DNA of 64,000 nt. It comes from Octopus bimaculoides (taxonomy: Eukaryota). A program made the position numbers and the translations under genes. The DNA lies in NCBI RefSeq assembly GCF_001194135.2, contig NC_068993.1, positions 35,014,411-35,078,410 on the forward strand, given 5' to 3'. The notes under the pieces are model-generated. The model searched no databases. It was not told the origin of the DNA and saw only the letters and a list, made by a program, of their open reading frames with translations. This document shows, one piece after another, positions 47,278-60,542 of the stretch; the stretch's first letter is position 1; each line of letters starts with the position of its first letter.

Positions 47278-48260
47278 TGTAATATATACATGAATACGGA
47301 CGTAGTGGATAACAGCTAGCTTTCGGCCTCACCTTTCGACCTTGTTGTGTCCACCACTCTGATTGGTTGTTATTGGCACAATTTGTTTCTTGTTCTATTG
47401 CGCGCCAAGATGCAACCCAACCAATCGCAGCCTTCAGATAAAGTCGCGTGAGACAGTCTTTTCTAAACCCCAGTTTGCGCCGACCGCATGTTATGAAAGC
47501 TAGCCTCTCACCGTCACAGTTTGTCAGTCTTGGCTCTAGACCTTCTGAGGTCTAGCCGATGACGACCGAGCACACAGCCAGTTCCAGCGACGACACAACA
47601 GCAGCCACATGGAGACCAGCAACACTTCGTCCAGCATTCAGGACCTCCATCTTCGTTGCCTCCAGCTTCTTAACGTCAACTTCATCTCTCTACGTACACA
47701 CCACCAGCAACGCTCGCACAACTTCTATCTCCACACTGTTTGTGAAATGCTTCACCACACTGCAAATACAACCTGCGACAACCTTCTGTAACAAATATCC
47801 GGCAGCAGCATTGAAGTCACAACTTCTTACACGACATGTGCCTCTCCTCGGCTCTGCTACACGGCCTCAGTTTCTTGTTACAGCACCTCAACTACTGTGT
47901 ACTTTGAATACGAACTGGTATATTATCATCCTAGTGTCTGGACATTCTTCTAACTTCATTATAGACTCTTTTCTATGCTCTGTATTTCTCGCACACGCAT
48001 ACATCCATGTTTGTATACACATACACTTTGTTTACATGACGGCCTGTCTATTACTATGTTTATATGTCGCACTCATGCACACAGACATACAGTTGACATA
48101 TCAATAAAACCTTCTCTTAGACTTTTTACCGGTTGTGTCTCTCTTTTCCTTCTGGCACTTATACTCATTTATCCTCTTTTCATATTTTTATTTGTATCAA
48201 CCGTGCGATGTACTAAAGGAGCCATTCCTTGTCACCTCTCCTGATCGCACGGTCCTTATA
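47278..48260 (+). mobile_element. Putative solo LTR, about 980 bp
   Basis: Starts TGTAA and ends TTATA (one change from TTACA). Flanks are tctc/tcta within a TC-rich tract. ATTGG at 47362 and 47372, CCAAT at 47421, AATAAA at 48103 followed by a T/GT-rich stretch. CpG-rich. Confidence 0.5.
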
Positions 48261-48300
48261 TCTATCTATCTCTCTCTCTATATATATATATATATATAAT

Positions 48301-48330
<30 letters not shown>

Positions 48331-48331
<1 letters not shown>

Positions 48332-48496
48332 ACGTGAGAGAGTTAGGGGTTGGGGGTACAACCCACTAAGGGATAGTATCTATCCAGTATACTGCTGGGA
48401 GGGTACCCAATTATTGCTACACTAGTGCTATACTAGGTGCAATCAATGGGAGCGGGTAAAAGTGGAGGTTTTACCCAAAATTTGTGTAACAATTAG
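48331..48496. other. Palindrome-rich element end between (TA)n and a gap
   Basis: gggttg/caaccc hairpin, cagtatactg, gggtaccc, cactagtg and a gggtaaaa/ttttaccc hairpin within 165 bp. Confidence 0.5.
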
Positions 48497-49903
48497 NNNN
48501 NNNNNNNNNNNNNNNNNNNNNNNNNNNNNNNNNNNNNNNNNNNNNNNNNNNNNNNNNNNNNNNNNNNNNNNNNNNNNNNNNNNNNNNNNNNNNNNNNNNN
48601 NNNNNNNNNNNNNNNNNNNNNNNNNNNNNNNNNNNNNNNNNNNNNNNNNNNNNNNNNNNNNNNNNNNNNNNNNNNNNNNNNNNNNNNNNNNNNNNNNNNN
48701 NNNNNNNNNNNNNNNNNNNNNNNNNNNNNNNNNNNNNNNNNNNNNNNNNNNNNNNNNNNNNNNNNNNNNNNNNNNNNNNNNNNNNNNNNNNNNNNNNNNN
48801 NNNNNNNNNNNNNNNNNNNNNNNNNNNNNNNNNNNNNNNNNNNNNNNNNNNNNNNNNNNNNNNNNNNNNNNNNNNNNNNNNNNNNNNNNNNNNNNNNNNN
48901 NNNNNNNNNNNNNNNNNNNNNNNNNNNNNNNNNNNNNNNNNNNNNNNNNNNNNNNNNNNNNNNNNNNNNNNNNNNNNNNNNNNNNNNNNNNNNNNNNNNN
49001 NNNNNNNNNNTATATATATATATATATATTTTCGTTTATATTTATATAATGGGCATTATATTGTAAAAGAGTTTTATCCCTTTTGAATTTATTAATCATA
49101 TATATATATATATAAATTGTATATCAATCACACATGTATGTAGGTATGTACGTATGTATATCATAATGAAATGTAAACTATATTAAGAATGCATTAATAA
49201 TTTTGGGATAATGTAAACATTATCCGATATAGAACTTAAGAAACTGGGTACAGTGGTTGGATATTTATTTGTTACTTCAGAATTGACAGTCAACTCTGAA
49301 TTTCATCCTTAGCCAGGTTGTTCAGTACCGTGGCATAACCTAAAGGGTGGATTATCTTGGGAAGGGTGTAAGTGTTTGTAGGTTTAAGTGTCTTTGAAAA
49401 CTTATTTTAACTCGGACAGACTGTCATATAACACATACATATATACATACATGTCTGTGTGTGAAGAACATAGCCAGATCCTACTTTGATACGATATAAC
49501 AAGTTATAATAATCAGAATAATGATATTAATATCAAGGAAAAACAATAAAATATGCATAAAAATTTTAGTACCTAATATCTTATAAACGATAGTCGTCGA
49601 CGTATTAAGGATAACATCAATTGTAATATGTCGTCTACAAAGATTCTTCTCAATTATTCCTTCTGCTTTTTTCCTTCTTCCCAGAGAACAAATTTCGCGA
49701 AATGATTTCAATATCCATTTATGAAAGCTTCATTTTAAATTTAGTTGACGATTTGATTGTATAAATAGCAAAATCAATTCTAGTTGCACAATCTACTTTA
49801 ATCATACATTTTCATTCTTAAGAAGCCTAATAATTACAAGAACAATGACATTTACAACAACAGCAACAACAAGAACAGCAACAACAACAACAACAACAAC
49901 AAA

Positions 49904-49950
<47 letters not shown>

Positions 49951-49954
49951 TAAT

Positions 49955-51805
49955 GGGTTATAGGTTCTATGGACAAAAAATAAACCGTTTCCTGTACATG
50001 GATGACCTAAAACTTTACGCTAAAAGCACCATGGAACAGAAATCTTATCAAAATTGTTCAGAGTTTCAGCAAAGACATCGGAATGAGCATGGGGCTGGAC
50101 AAATGTGCCAGAATCCCACTGAGAAGAGGCATATTAATAAGCACTGAAAACACTGGACTCGACATAGACACAGAAATTACAGAATTAGACCACATCCGGC
50201 CATACAAATATCTAGGAATAGAAGAAACAGCTAAAATACAACATACAGAAATGAAAGAGAAAATTAAGAGAGAGTATTACAGAAGAGTTAGGCTAATATT
50301 AAACTCTGAATTTAATGATTAAAATAAGATAATAAGGATAAACATGCTAGCCATACCAGTCACAGCTTCAACATAATAAAATGGAAGATCAGTGAATTGA
50401 GAAACCTGGATAGTAAACCAGAAAACTACTAACAGCTTACCGAAGTTACCGCTGCAAAGCAGACACAGAAGGAGTCCGTGGCCTGATACAGATAGAAAAC
50501 AATTATAAAATAACAACAGTTGGACTAGCAAAGTACTTAGAAACAAAGAGAAGACTACTGCATGTAGTAAAGCAACATGAGAAGGAAAAAAACCGCTTTT
50601 CTCTATACACAAGGAGGTCGCAAAATACAAAACAGAAGCAAAGTACACTGACCTCAGATGACAACATAGCAGAAATGGGCAAAGGGACAAAAATCAACAT
50701 GGAAACTGAATTACAAAAGATACTGAAGAAGAAATGGATAAAAAAACAGCTTCATGGTCAGAACCCTGCAAGGCTTGACAAAGAGGAAGTGAGCCTAAGT
50801 AAAAGTCAACAATAGCTCAAAGTCCCAGGACTAAAAGCTGAAACGGAAGGACTGACTCTCGCTGCACAAAACCAATGCTTGACAACAGACAATTATAAAA
50901 ACAAAATAATGACAGAAGCCTCAACACCAAATGCATAATATGCAACCAGCACAATGAGACAGTTGACCACATCATCTCGGGCTGCCCAGTTCTTGCCAAG
51001 TCTGAATATGTATACAGACACAAAGTAAACAGTTATATCCACTGAATAATATGCCAACATTACAACATCAAAACTAACAGCAGGTAGTATAAGCATGAGC
51101 CAAGCAAGGTACAAGACAAAGATCAGGTCACGATCATTTGGAGTATGCAGGTTCAAACCAAGCAAGAAATAAAAGCTAATCGCCCAGACATAATAGTCAA
51201 GGATTGGGGGAAGGGAACACTTGCTTACTGACGGACACTGTAGTCACCTCTGATCAAAATATTGTCAAAACAGAAGTGGATAAATTGTTGAAGTACAAAG
51301 ACCTCAAAATTGAAGAATTTAAAATGTGGGGCATGACGGTAAAAACAATACCAAAAATAATTGGAGTATTGGGCATGATAAAATATGATATGAATAAAAC
51401 TGTAGAAGCTATACCTTGATCCTCAACACTGCACTGTCCAAAAAATAGCCCTGCTAAGAACAGCCCACATCCTACACAAGACATTATCAATCCAATAATA
51501 CAACCTAAACAAAACAACCAACACATGTAAGACACTCTATAAAGCATTTACCCAGTGAAATAAACTCCCACCAGCAAGCTAGAAAACCAAAGCATTACAC
51601 CCTCAACACACAATACAAGCAGTTACACAACAAAAGACAGCACCACACCTCAAAGAAAAAAAGCTAACACAATACAGTACTGGGAAGAGTTCACACACTC
51701 CCAACAGCAGTAAAGAACATAAAATGCTGCACACACCCCAGCAACACGGAGGTGAAGCAGGTGATGCAGTAGAAATTTGCCTCAATCTACCAAATATTGA
51801 ACAGT

Positions 51806-51810
<5 letters not shown>
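49955..51810 (+). mobile_element. 5'-truncated R4/Dong-clade LINE flanked by (AAT)n
   Basis: INRFLYMDDLKLYAKS (RT active site), YKYLGIEE, GLKAETEGL..AAQNQCL, CIICNQHNETVDHIISGCPVL (CCHC), ANRPDIIV (RLE), KYKDLKIE, then a 3' UTR ending in (aat)n at 51811. Confidence 0.92.
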
Positions 51811-51844
<34 letters not shown>

Positions 51845-51971
51845 GTAATAGTAATAATAATAACAAAAACAACAACAATAATAATACTAATATTACTAAT
51901 ACTACTACCACTACTACTACTACTAATAATAATAATAATAACAACAACAATAATAATCATAATAATAATAC

Positions 51972-52176
51972 TGGTGTCAAATTTTGCCACAAGGGAAGCA
52001 ATTTTGGGGCAGTGCATGTGTCGATCACATCAGGTCCAGTGTTCAACTGGTACTTAACAAATCGATCCGGAAAGTAAAGTCGACTTCGGCGGAATTTGAA
52101 CTCAGAACGTAATGAGAGGCGAAATGCTGCTAAGCATTCTGCTCGGCGTGCTAACGACACTGCCAGCTCGCCGCCT
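51972..52176 (-). mobile_element. SINE-B, CpG-rich copy between (AAT)n tracts
   Basis: aaagtcgacttcggcggaatttgaactcagaacg...cggcgtgctaacgacactgccagctcgccgcctt. Confidence 0.85.
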
Positions 52177-52253
52177 TAATAATAATTATACTAATAATAA
52201 TAATAATAATAATAATGATAATAATAATAATAATGATAATGATTATGATGATG

Positions 52254-52286
<33 letters not shown>

Positions 52287-52299
52287 GTAACAACAACAA

Positions 52300-52516
52300 C
52301 TCTTTCTACTAAAAGGCAGAACGTCCGCAATTTTATGGGGAAGGGCTAGGTCGTTTACATTCACCCCAGTGCTCAACTGGTACTCATATCAACTTCGCAA
52401 AGATGAAAGGCAAAGTCGACGTCGTCGACATTTGAACTCTGAGCGTATAGAGCCGGAAGACATGCTGCTTATGTATTTTGTCCGACGCACTAAACATTCT
52501 AACTGCCCTCCACCTT
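52300..52516 (-). mobile_element. SINE-B between (AAT)n tracts
   Basis: caactggtactc...gatgaaaggcaaagtcgacg...atttgaactctgagcg. Confidence 0.8.
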
Positions 52517-52537
52517 AATAATAATAATAATAATAAT

Positions 52538-55500
52538 GACATTGGAATGGAATTTGACAGAGGTGAATGAACCTAGTGAAGAGCAATTAGATAATCGAAT
52601 GGATGAAAGGCAAAGAGATGAAGCATCTATTCAAGCTAAAAGCAATGATTGAAAATACCATGATGCTTAATATAGATAAAGGAAACATTAAGAGAGAATT
52701 GCAAAGCAGAGAAATTGAAGAAGAAATCAGAATAGCAGAAGAAATTGTGAAACAAATGATAATGAAGAAAGCACCACCAAATTTGAAGAACGCAGATTGC
52801 CAAAAAAAAAGAAAGAAATTAGAGAAAATGCAAGTCAACAAAGTCATAGGATACATATAAACTGCGGACATCATTGGAATGAATGAGCTACTCAAAGCAG
52901 CTGCATGTGTAACAACTAAACAACTAGGAATAAAAAATTAGACAAGAGGGCACAACCAAGAAACACGGTGGAGAAATAAAATAGTTTGGAAGGTTGAAGA
53001 ATTGCGAAAAGATATGAACAAGTTAGAAAGTTGGAGAAACTGAACTGTGGAACATTCGAATAAAAGATCAGTTGAAAAGAAAACACAGTATGCAGTAAAG
53101 GAATTGAAGATGTAGTTGAAGAGATTAGGAATTATTACACAGTCAGGAAAGCTAGCAAGATTATTGCAAAATCAGGAAAGCTAGCAAGCTAGAAGGAAAG
53201 CTAGCAAGCTAGAAGGAAAGCTAGCAAGCTAGAAGGAAAGCTAGCAAGCTAGAAGGAAAGCTAGATGAACGTAAAGAACAATTTATACAGAAAAGGATGT
53301 TTCAGACGAATAAGAAAATATTGTTCGAAATGTTAGAGAAAGAGATTCAAGACAATGGTGTCATACCGAATAGGGAAGAACGTGTACGGTTTTGGGGTGA
53401 TATCTGGAATCGATCAATTGTGCATACTGATGAAGCTAATTGGATGAAAATGTTGAGGAGAAGATGAGAGATAAAAACAGACCAAAAAATATCACAGTAT
53501 CACAGACAGCAATGGAGAAACAAATATGAAAAAGGGAAACTTGAAGTCACTAGGCCCTATTGGATTGCAAAAATATTGGATTAAAGTATTAACGATATGC
53601 CACTTGAGAGTTGTAAGTCAATTTCAAGGATTTCTAAATGTTCCACAATAGAAGAACAACTATAGTCTTGAAGAATGTGTCAAAGAGTAATGAAGTGCTA
53701 AACTATCCACCAATAACATGTCTACCATTTATGTGGTTTGGGGGTGATATTTGTTTACCAATAGAAAACTGTTGACAAGAATAATCGCTGATGAGCTGTA
53801 CACAGTGTTGGGTAATGAAAGATTATTACCAGGTGAACAGAAGGGTTGTAAACGCAGGCCAATGGTGTTAAAAGATCAGGTGTTAAACAAGATGCAAAAG
53901 AAGGTTAACAGACTAGGAATAGAGTGGATAGATAACAAAAAGGCCTATGATATGGTGCTTCACAGCTGGAAAGGGATATGTATGGAGATATTTGGTGTAG
54001 TAGAGAATGTACAAATATTGCAAAAAAGAAATATAACGGAGTTTTTTTCTGTAGGAAAGTCATTTGATACAGTAAAAATCGGGAGAGGAATATTTCAGGA
54101 ACATAGTCTCTTGCGAATTTTGTTTGTGTTAATATTAATTACACTATCGATGATTTTAAGAGATGTTAAAGCAGAATATGATTTGGGAATTGATGGGGAA
54201 GTGGTTAACAACCTACAATACATGAACAATTTAAAGCTTTATGAAAAAAATGAAAAGCAATTTGGCACACTGGTAAACATGATAAGAATTTTCGGCATTG
54301 ACACAGGTTTGGAGTTTGGTATCAGTAAATATGACATTTTCATACTGAAGATTGGTAAGGTAAAACAGAATTAAGGGTTTAAACTGACAAATAATCAGGT
54401 AATGAAAAGTTTGGAAGAAAGTCAAGGATACAAGTATTTAGGAATTTTGGAATCAGATACCATAAAAAACAGAAATGAAAGAAACTATTTCAAATGAGTA
54501 CTTCAGAAGGATCAAGTTGACGCTGAAATCTTAGTTAAATTCTGGAAACATTGTAAAGGCAATAGATTCAAAGGCTGTATCAATTGTGAGATATGTGACA
54601 GATCTGCAAGATATTGATTGAAAAACTCAGAAAATAATGACAATTTACGAGGCTTTTCATAAAAAGGCAGTTGTGGACAAGCTGTACACGAAACGTAAAA
54701 ATGGAGGAAGGTAAAGTACTATGTGAATATGGAAATGAAAAGTCTCAATCAGTATGTTAGCTAATGTACTGAAGAATTGCTAGTAGCATTAAGCAATGCA
54801 AACATACTAGAAGGACAACTAAAAGATGAAGTACTTGAAAAGAGAAAGCAAAATTATATGGAAAAAGTTTATGAAGAACACTGTTGTGAATACAGGTGAA
54901 GACACTTGGAATTGATTGAAAAAGGGAATTCTCAAAAACGAGACAGAAGAATTAATCATGGCAGCTTAGGATCAAGCACTCTGGAGAATAAGAACAAGAT
55001 GTAAGGAAGGAATCAATGTATCGCCTTTCTGCAGGCTGTGCAATGAATGAGAGGAAGCAATGACTCACGTGGTAAATGAATGTTCTAAACTTGCACAGAA
55101 ACAATGCAAATCTTGGAAACATGATAATGTTGCAAAGATCATCCACTGGGAAATGTTGAAGAAGTATGAACTTCCACCAGGACACACAGTGACTGGGAAT
55201 GATGAAGTTAAACTTCTTTGTCTTAGAGTATAACTGACCTGAAATCTTGGTGGTTGAGAAGAGACATAATTGATGTGGCCTGTTCATTTGATACAAGAAT
55301 AGAATAAAGAAAATCAGCTAGGTAGATATATACCAGGATCTGAAGAGAAAGATAAGCATATTGTGGTGTTGCAGAAAAAGTGAGGTCGTACCAATGAGAA
55401 TTTGAGCCTTAGAAACGACAGGAAAGAGGGTTAAGGACTTTGCAGAAACACTTAGAAAACATGTAATTGACCTGCATGTTAGGAACAGCGAAGATAATTC

Positions 55501-55592
55501 GTAAGTTCTTTGATGACTGAGGTCACAGGTGGTGATTTGTTATCCAAGAGTAAACCCACCTAAATCTCATCACAGGGCTGACATACAAAATA
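52538..55592 (+). mobile_element. Long degenerate R4/Dong-clade LINE, about 3 kb
   Basis: RT region LLPGEQKGC...WIDNKKAYDMVLHSW...RGIFQEHSL...QYMNNLKLY...GLEFGISK, then YKYLGILES and CRLCNE*EEAMTHVVNECSKLAQ (CCHC). The 3' end gacatacaaaa matches the 11117 copy. Starts after (aat)n. Confidence 0.9.
53172..53264. repeat. 20-bp tandem repeat (gaaagctagcaagctagaag) x about 4.5 inside the Dong ORF
   Basis: Period 20. A precursor tcaggaaagctagcaag is at 53143. Confidence 0.95.
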
Positions 55593-55609
55593 TTTTGAAA
55601 TAGGCATCT

Positions 55610-56390
55610 AATGATAGGAATCTAATTCTTGGCATATAAGGAATGCAAAAGAATCATTACTTGTACAGGTAAGGAAGGCAGGTCTATTACATATGGAAAA
55701 GAGTCAAGATAACATTAATTACAAAATAGAAACAAAGAGGGGAAACAATTGAAAAGATAAGAGATATAGGTCGGTTCGTGAGAGAGATATCAAAGGACAC
55801 AGACCCAAATAAAAGACGGCTGTGGTAGCAAGAAAATATCGTGAAACCTGAAAAGGAGGCATTGATACATGCAGAACAGCAACAGGAATTAAAATTTAAT
55901 TATATTAAGCACATAAGTGACCATTCAACAGAATTAGACAACTGCAGAATGTGCGGTGAAACTAGAGAAGCAGTGTGACAAAGTTTGAGCGAATGCCGCA
56001 AATTGGCCGAGAGAGAATTCAAGACAAGGTATGACAATGTCGCAAGAATGATCCACTGGGAACTATATGACAAATTTTGAGTGAAAATAGCAAGAAAATG
56101 GTATGATCATGAGCCAAAGGGTGTGGTAGAAAATGACAGCATTAAAATCCTTTGGGACTTCATGATCCAGTGTGATCATAGAGTTGAACATCAGCCATTT
56201 ACTATTATATTGGTAGGCAAGAATCGTAGAAAAAGGAGGGAAACTGTGGTCAATAAAAAGGGTGTATACTGTTCCAATAATTGTCGATGCCCTAGGTAAG
56301 GCGAGTAAAAATATAAAATATTGGTTGGAAATGTTAGGAATAAAAATGAAGATAGAATATGTCCAGAAAACAGTATTACTTGACAACTTC
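55610..56390 (+). mobile_element. Second R4/Dong fragment (C-terminal region)
   Basis: CRMCGETREAV*QSLSECRKLAEREFKTRYDNVARMIHW...WYDHEPKGVVENDSIKILWDFMIQCDHRVEH...VQKTVLL. Confidence 0.88.
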
Positions 56391-56519
56391 AGGAGAGGAC
56401 ATAAGTCGAAAAGATGAAAGACAAATTTGACCTCAGTAGAATTTGAAGTTGAAATGAAAAGACGAATAAAAATGGTGTGCTAACTATACTGTCAGCTTGC
56501 TACCTTAATAATGATGGTG

Positions 56520-56812
56520 GTCTCTCCCGTCGAAGACGACGTATGAGCGTTCAGCTTTTGTCGAACGACCTGCACAAATGATCTGTTTATTGTAATCAAA
56601 TGTTCGTGCCGCACATTAGCTCACTCTCTCCATCAAATCGACGTTGTCTGAACATGTGCACTATGTACCACGCGTCAGGTGTCGAAGTGATCGCAGATAA
56701 ACGTAAGATTAAGCATTTTGCTCAGGAAGACAACACGCCACTCGGTCTAGGAATTGAAACCACAATCTCGCGGTCGTGAGTGCAGCATCCTAACCACTAA
56801 GCCATGCACCCT
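56520..56812 (-). mobile_element. SINE-C, CpG-rich
   Basis: Minus-strand head gtgagggtgcatggcttagtggttagg (A box) ... ggtttcaattcc (B box). Confidence 0.8.
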
Positions 56813-56824
56813 CACCCTTAATAA

Positions 56825-56875
<51 letters not shown>

Positions 56876-56877
56876 TG

Positions 56878-57095
56878 ATGGTTTCAAATTTTGCCACAAG
56901 AACAGCCAATTTGAGTGGGGTGGAGGAAAGTCGATTACATCGACTCCAGTGTTTCACTGGTACTTAATTTATCGACCCCGAAAGGATGAAAGGCAAAGTC
57001 GACCTCAGCGGAATTTGAACTCAGAATGTAGCGACGGACGAAATGCCGCTAAGTATTTTACCCGGCGTGCTAACGATCCTGTTAGCTTGCCGTGG
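56878..57095 (-). mobile_element. SINE-B, CpG-intact, after (AAT)n
   Basis: cgaccccgaaaggatgaaaggcaaagtcgacctcagcggaatttgaactcagaatgtagcgacggacgaaatgccgc. Confidence 0.85.
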
Positions 57096-60011
57096 CAGAA
57101 GGCTATAAATTTCCAAGAAGGATTAATAAAATTGATCTCAGTATTTTATTGGCTCTTTATTTTATCGAAAGCTAAAATGCAGAATAGATTAAGGTTAGGG
57201 ATTGCTGATTAGCCAAAGAACAGCTCTATGTTCAAAGACATTCCAACCATGATCATACCTTTTTTTGATGTTATTTAGTCCACGGTGATCCTTGATTTAG
57301 CAGAAAGATGTTCAATGACATTCTCGCGTTGATTATCTTTGTTTTGATTTGTATTTTTAGCTTCTTCAGTTGTCCTCGTTGATTCATACCTAAGTGGGAT
57401 TACCATAATGGCATGAATATGTCGTGGAGTGTCGGACAAATCCTCATTTCTTTGTTTTTGCCAGTGTACTAGCGGATTTGGGTTTTCTCAACTTGCACTT
57501 CTGCTCAGCTTGTCTGCTTTTGGCCTACTCAGAAACCCATGTACACTTTCATATTAGGTTGCACCAGTTATAACTTTTACCAACAAGGCTCCCCATGACA
57601 CTAGATCAATGACACTAGTCTTTTAGAAAGGTCTGCAGATTCAAAACATCTTTATAACCTTTTACTGTTCCTCATCGACCAAATGTTTCCCACCCTGCCA
57701 ACAAAACTAACTGTGGAAAAGACAATTTTATTCTTGTAATGTAAGGAAACCAGCGCATCTGGGAACCGCAAATGTGGACGTTGGGTAACAATAAAAGATT
57801 GCAAATCTTAGAATGAGGACAGTCATCCCTCAATGAACGTGTAGCATTCTTTGCAGGCAGTTTAATTAGAATCTATTTCAATTTCTGATAGACCTGCTGT
57901 AAAAGTCCATGTGTAACAAGCATACAGTAAAGTTTTCAGACATACTTAAACTTAGAAAATATTATATAATTTACTCTTCTTGTTTTCTTTTAGCAGAACC
58001 AGTGACTACGTAGATGCTCTCTTATTGGCATTGGTGACGGTGTTAGAGAGACAAGATATGATAGTGGTGTTGGTATTACTTGGAGAGGCTGTTGTGAAGG
58101 TGATGTCGGTGTGTCGGTGAAGAGAATGTTGATGAGAATACGCATATATTAAGTGATGTTGAGTCGGCCCAAAAATTTCGAGTGAAAATGAATAGACAGC
58201 AACTGCATGAAAGCTCTTCAGAAGGCATGTATCTGTAATTCAAAGAACCAACATTTTTAGGCACCGTAACATGCTGAGTAATATTGAGAATTACTTTAAG
58301 GATACACTTGTGTAAGTACAGTGCTCACTCACACTATAATGTCATGAATTGGTAGTTCCGATAATCGAGCAGCTAGAACAGTCATCCTCGAAACTGACGG
58401 AGGATGTATTTATTATTATTTTTTTCGGTTTTAGAATTTAGAATCATGAAGAGGAGATGATCTTGAAGAAAGTGTATTACTATTAGAAAAATTCTGTTGA
58501 ACAGCAAAATGTTTAAAAGTACAAACCACTTAAAATATCTTGACTAATAGAAAATAGTTTTGTTGGGGAAAACGTATGTACCACTATGTGTATATCTGAG
58601 TGTTTGAATGTTTTATGTATTAGTTTGTGGATGTAGTTAGCAACATCTATACGTTTGCGTGCATATATGTTGTTGTGTGTAGGCATTTATGAATGTGAGT
58701 TTGTTAAGTATGTACTTGCATGTATGTTTATGTACGAGTGCTGGTGAATTTGTGCATAAGTTTCTTGCTATTAGTTTTCAAAAGTTAGTTTGTTGATGCG
58801 CGCATGTACGTGCATATGTTTCAATTTGTGTGTGCTTGTGCACTTGTTTTCATGTTTGTGCGTCATTTTGTTGATATGTGTGTATAAGGGTTTGTTAGTT
58901 TGTTGATGTCTGTGTGTATGAGCGTGAAAGTATAAGAGTGCTTCTGGCTGTAAGTATATGCATGAATATGCGTATGTGTTTGTGTGTGAGATAGTTTACG
59001 ACTGATATAATCAGTGTGTGAGGATATATGTATGAAGTTTGAGGATGTATATTTTATGCAAAAATGTGTGTATATTGAGCATGTTTGCGTGAGAGAAAGA
59101 AAGTTTGTATATGAGAATTTGTGTCCGACAGAATATGAGTGCACTAGTTTGTGAGTACGCATGTGTATGCTTGTGTGTGAACGTGGATTTGTGGGTGTAT
59201 GAGTTGAATGTGAACAAACACGTGCATGGGATAAAAACTGCATGCGTGTTCACAAATACATGTGTACATATGTGTGCATGTATGTGTAGATACATAAGTG
59301 AAAAATGCGCGCGCGTGCGTGTGATTTTCTCTTGTATCTGCTATTTTGTTCGACAAAAGGTGTGTTGGCGAAATATCGAATAATTTCAATTCCAACGAGA
59401 AGTAAAATGTCTGACCGTTTTGGGCTGTTGCTCTTTGTCAGAGGGAAAGAAAAAAGATAAAAGAAATGGGGAAAGAATCTTCACGTAAATTGAAATTACT
59501 GAATATTTCACCAACTTTTCTTGCAGTTTGTTGTAGCTGACATAGCCATTCACCACCAGTCCTCTCCTCAGATACTTGACTTTGTAGTTTGTTATTTAGC
59601 AAGCGTCATTGATTAAATTCCTGCCGATAAGTTATATATATGCACCAGTACGGTATTTCTCATGAGGAAAGGAGGGTTGTGAGTCTTGAAAAGGAAGACG
59701 AACAAATCATCATGTTTAATAAAATAGAGATGGTTAAAAAATTTTTAAACTTGACCAAATTAAATATGCAACTCTGTCTTCTCACTAATGAAGCGTGGAA
59801 AGCAAAAATTTCCACAAATATTTTTTGATGGCATGAGGTTGGGTATTTATTAATTTGATATTCACTGTCTTGAAGTGATGTATGACTTTAGAATGCCACA
59901 GGAGACTTGATCTTCTTGTATTATTACTATGGTTAATAATCTGTGGTACTTAAGCAAACTAAGCAACACGAATTCTGCAAATTCGAGGGTTTTGCAGAAC
60001 TGGCAAATATT

Positions 60012-60210
60012 GGTTTCAAATTTTGGCACAAGGCCAGCAATTTCGGAGGAGGGAGTAAGTCGTTTTGTATCCAACCCATTAATGAACGGGTACTTATTTT
60101 ATCGACTTCGAAAGGTTGAAAGGCAAAGTCGAACTCAGAACGTAAAGACAGACGAAATGCCGCTAAACATTTTGCCCGGCGTGCCAACGATTCTGCTAAC
60201 TCGCCGCCAT
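60012..60210 (-). mobile_element. SINE-B
   Basis: ggtttcaaattttggcacaaggccagcaatttcgg...cgaaatgccgctaaac...cgccgcc. Confidence 0.85.
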
Positions 60211-60510
60211 AGAACAGACGAATGTTAAAATCTTTTCACAGCTTAACGTGTAATTTTAGAGAAATATTACTGTCTGAATTACCATAGGATGGTATGGGTG
60301 TGTTGATTTAGAGAATTGTTATTTTATTTCCAGAATAATATGGAAAGTAAAACGTGTATATACTTGCGGACAAGCATAGAAACTGACAAAGAGACAGATG
60401 CATAAATCGATATATGAATAGACAAAGACGGATGAACATACATACAGATATGCATACATGTATGTATGTATGTATGTATGTATGCATACATGCATACATA
60501 CATACATACA

Positions 60511-60542
<32 letters not shown>

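Noticed and set aside
47559-48107. 182-aa Thr/Ser-rich ORF
   Set aside because: No recognisable domain, it ends in CA-rich low complexity, and it lies within the putative LTR.
3882-49099. Long ORFs containing X runs, such as 33569-34942 (457 aa) and 41603-42634
   Set aside because: They are open only because they cross N gaps.
288-56812. tRNA genes at the SINE heads
   Set aside because: A/B-box-like motifs are present, but there is no complete cloverleaf and each continues into a SINE body.
57990-58270. GC-richer segment after a polypyrimidine acceptor
   Set aside because: All frames close within about 45 codons, with no donor and no recognisable family.
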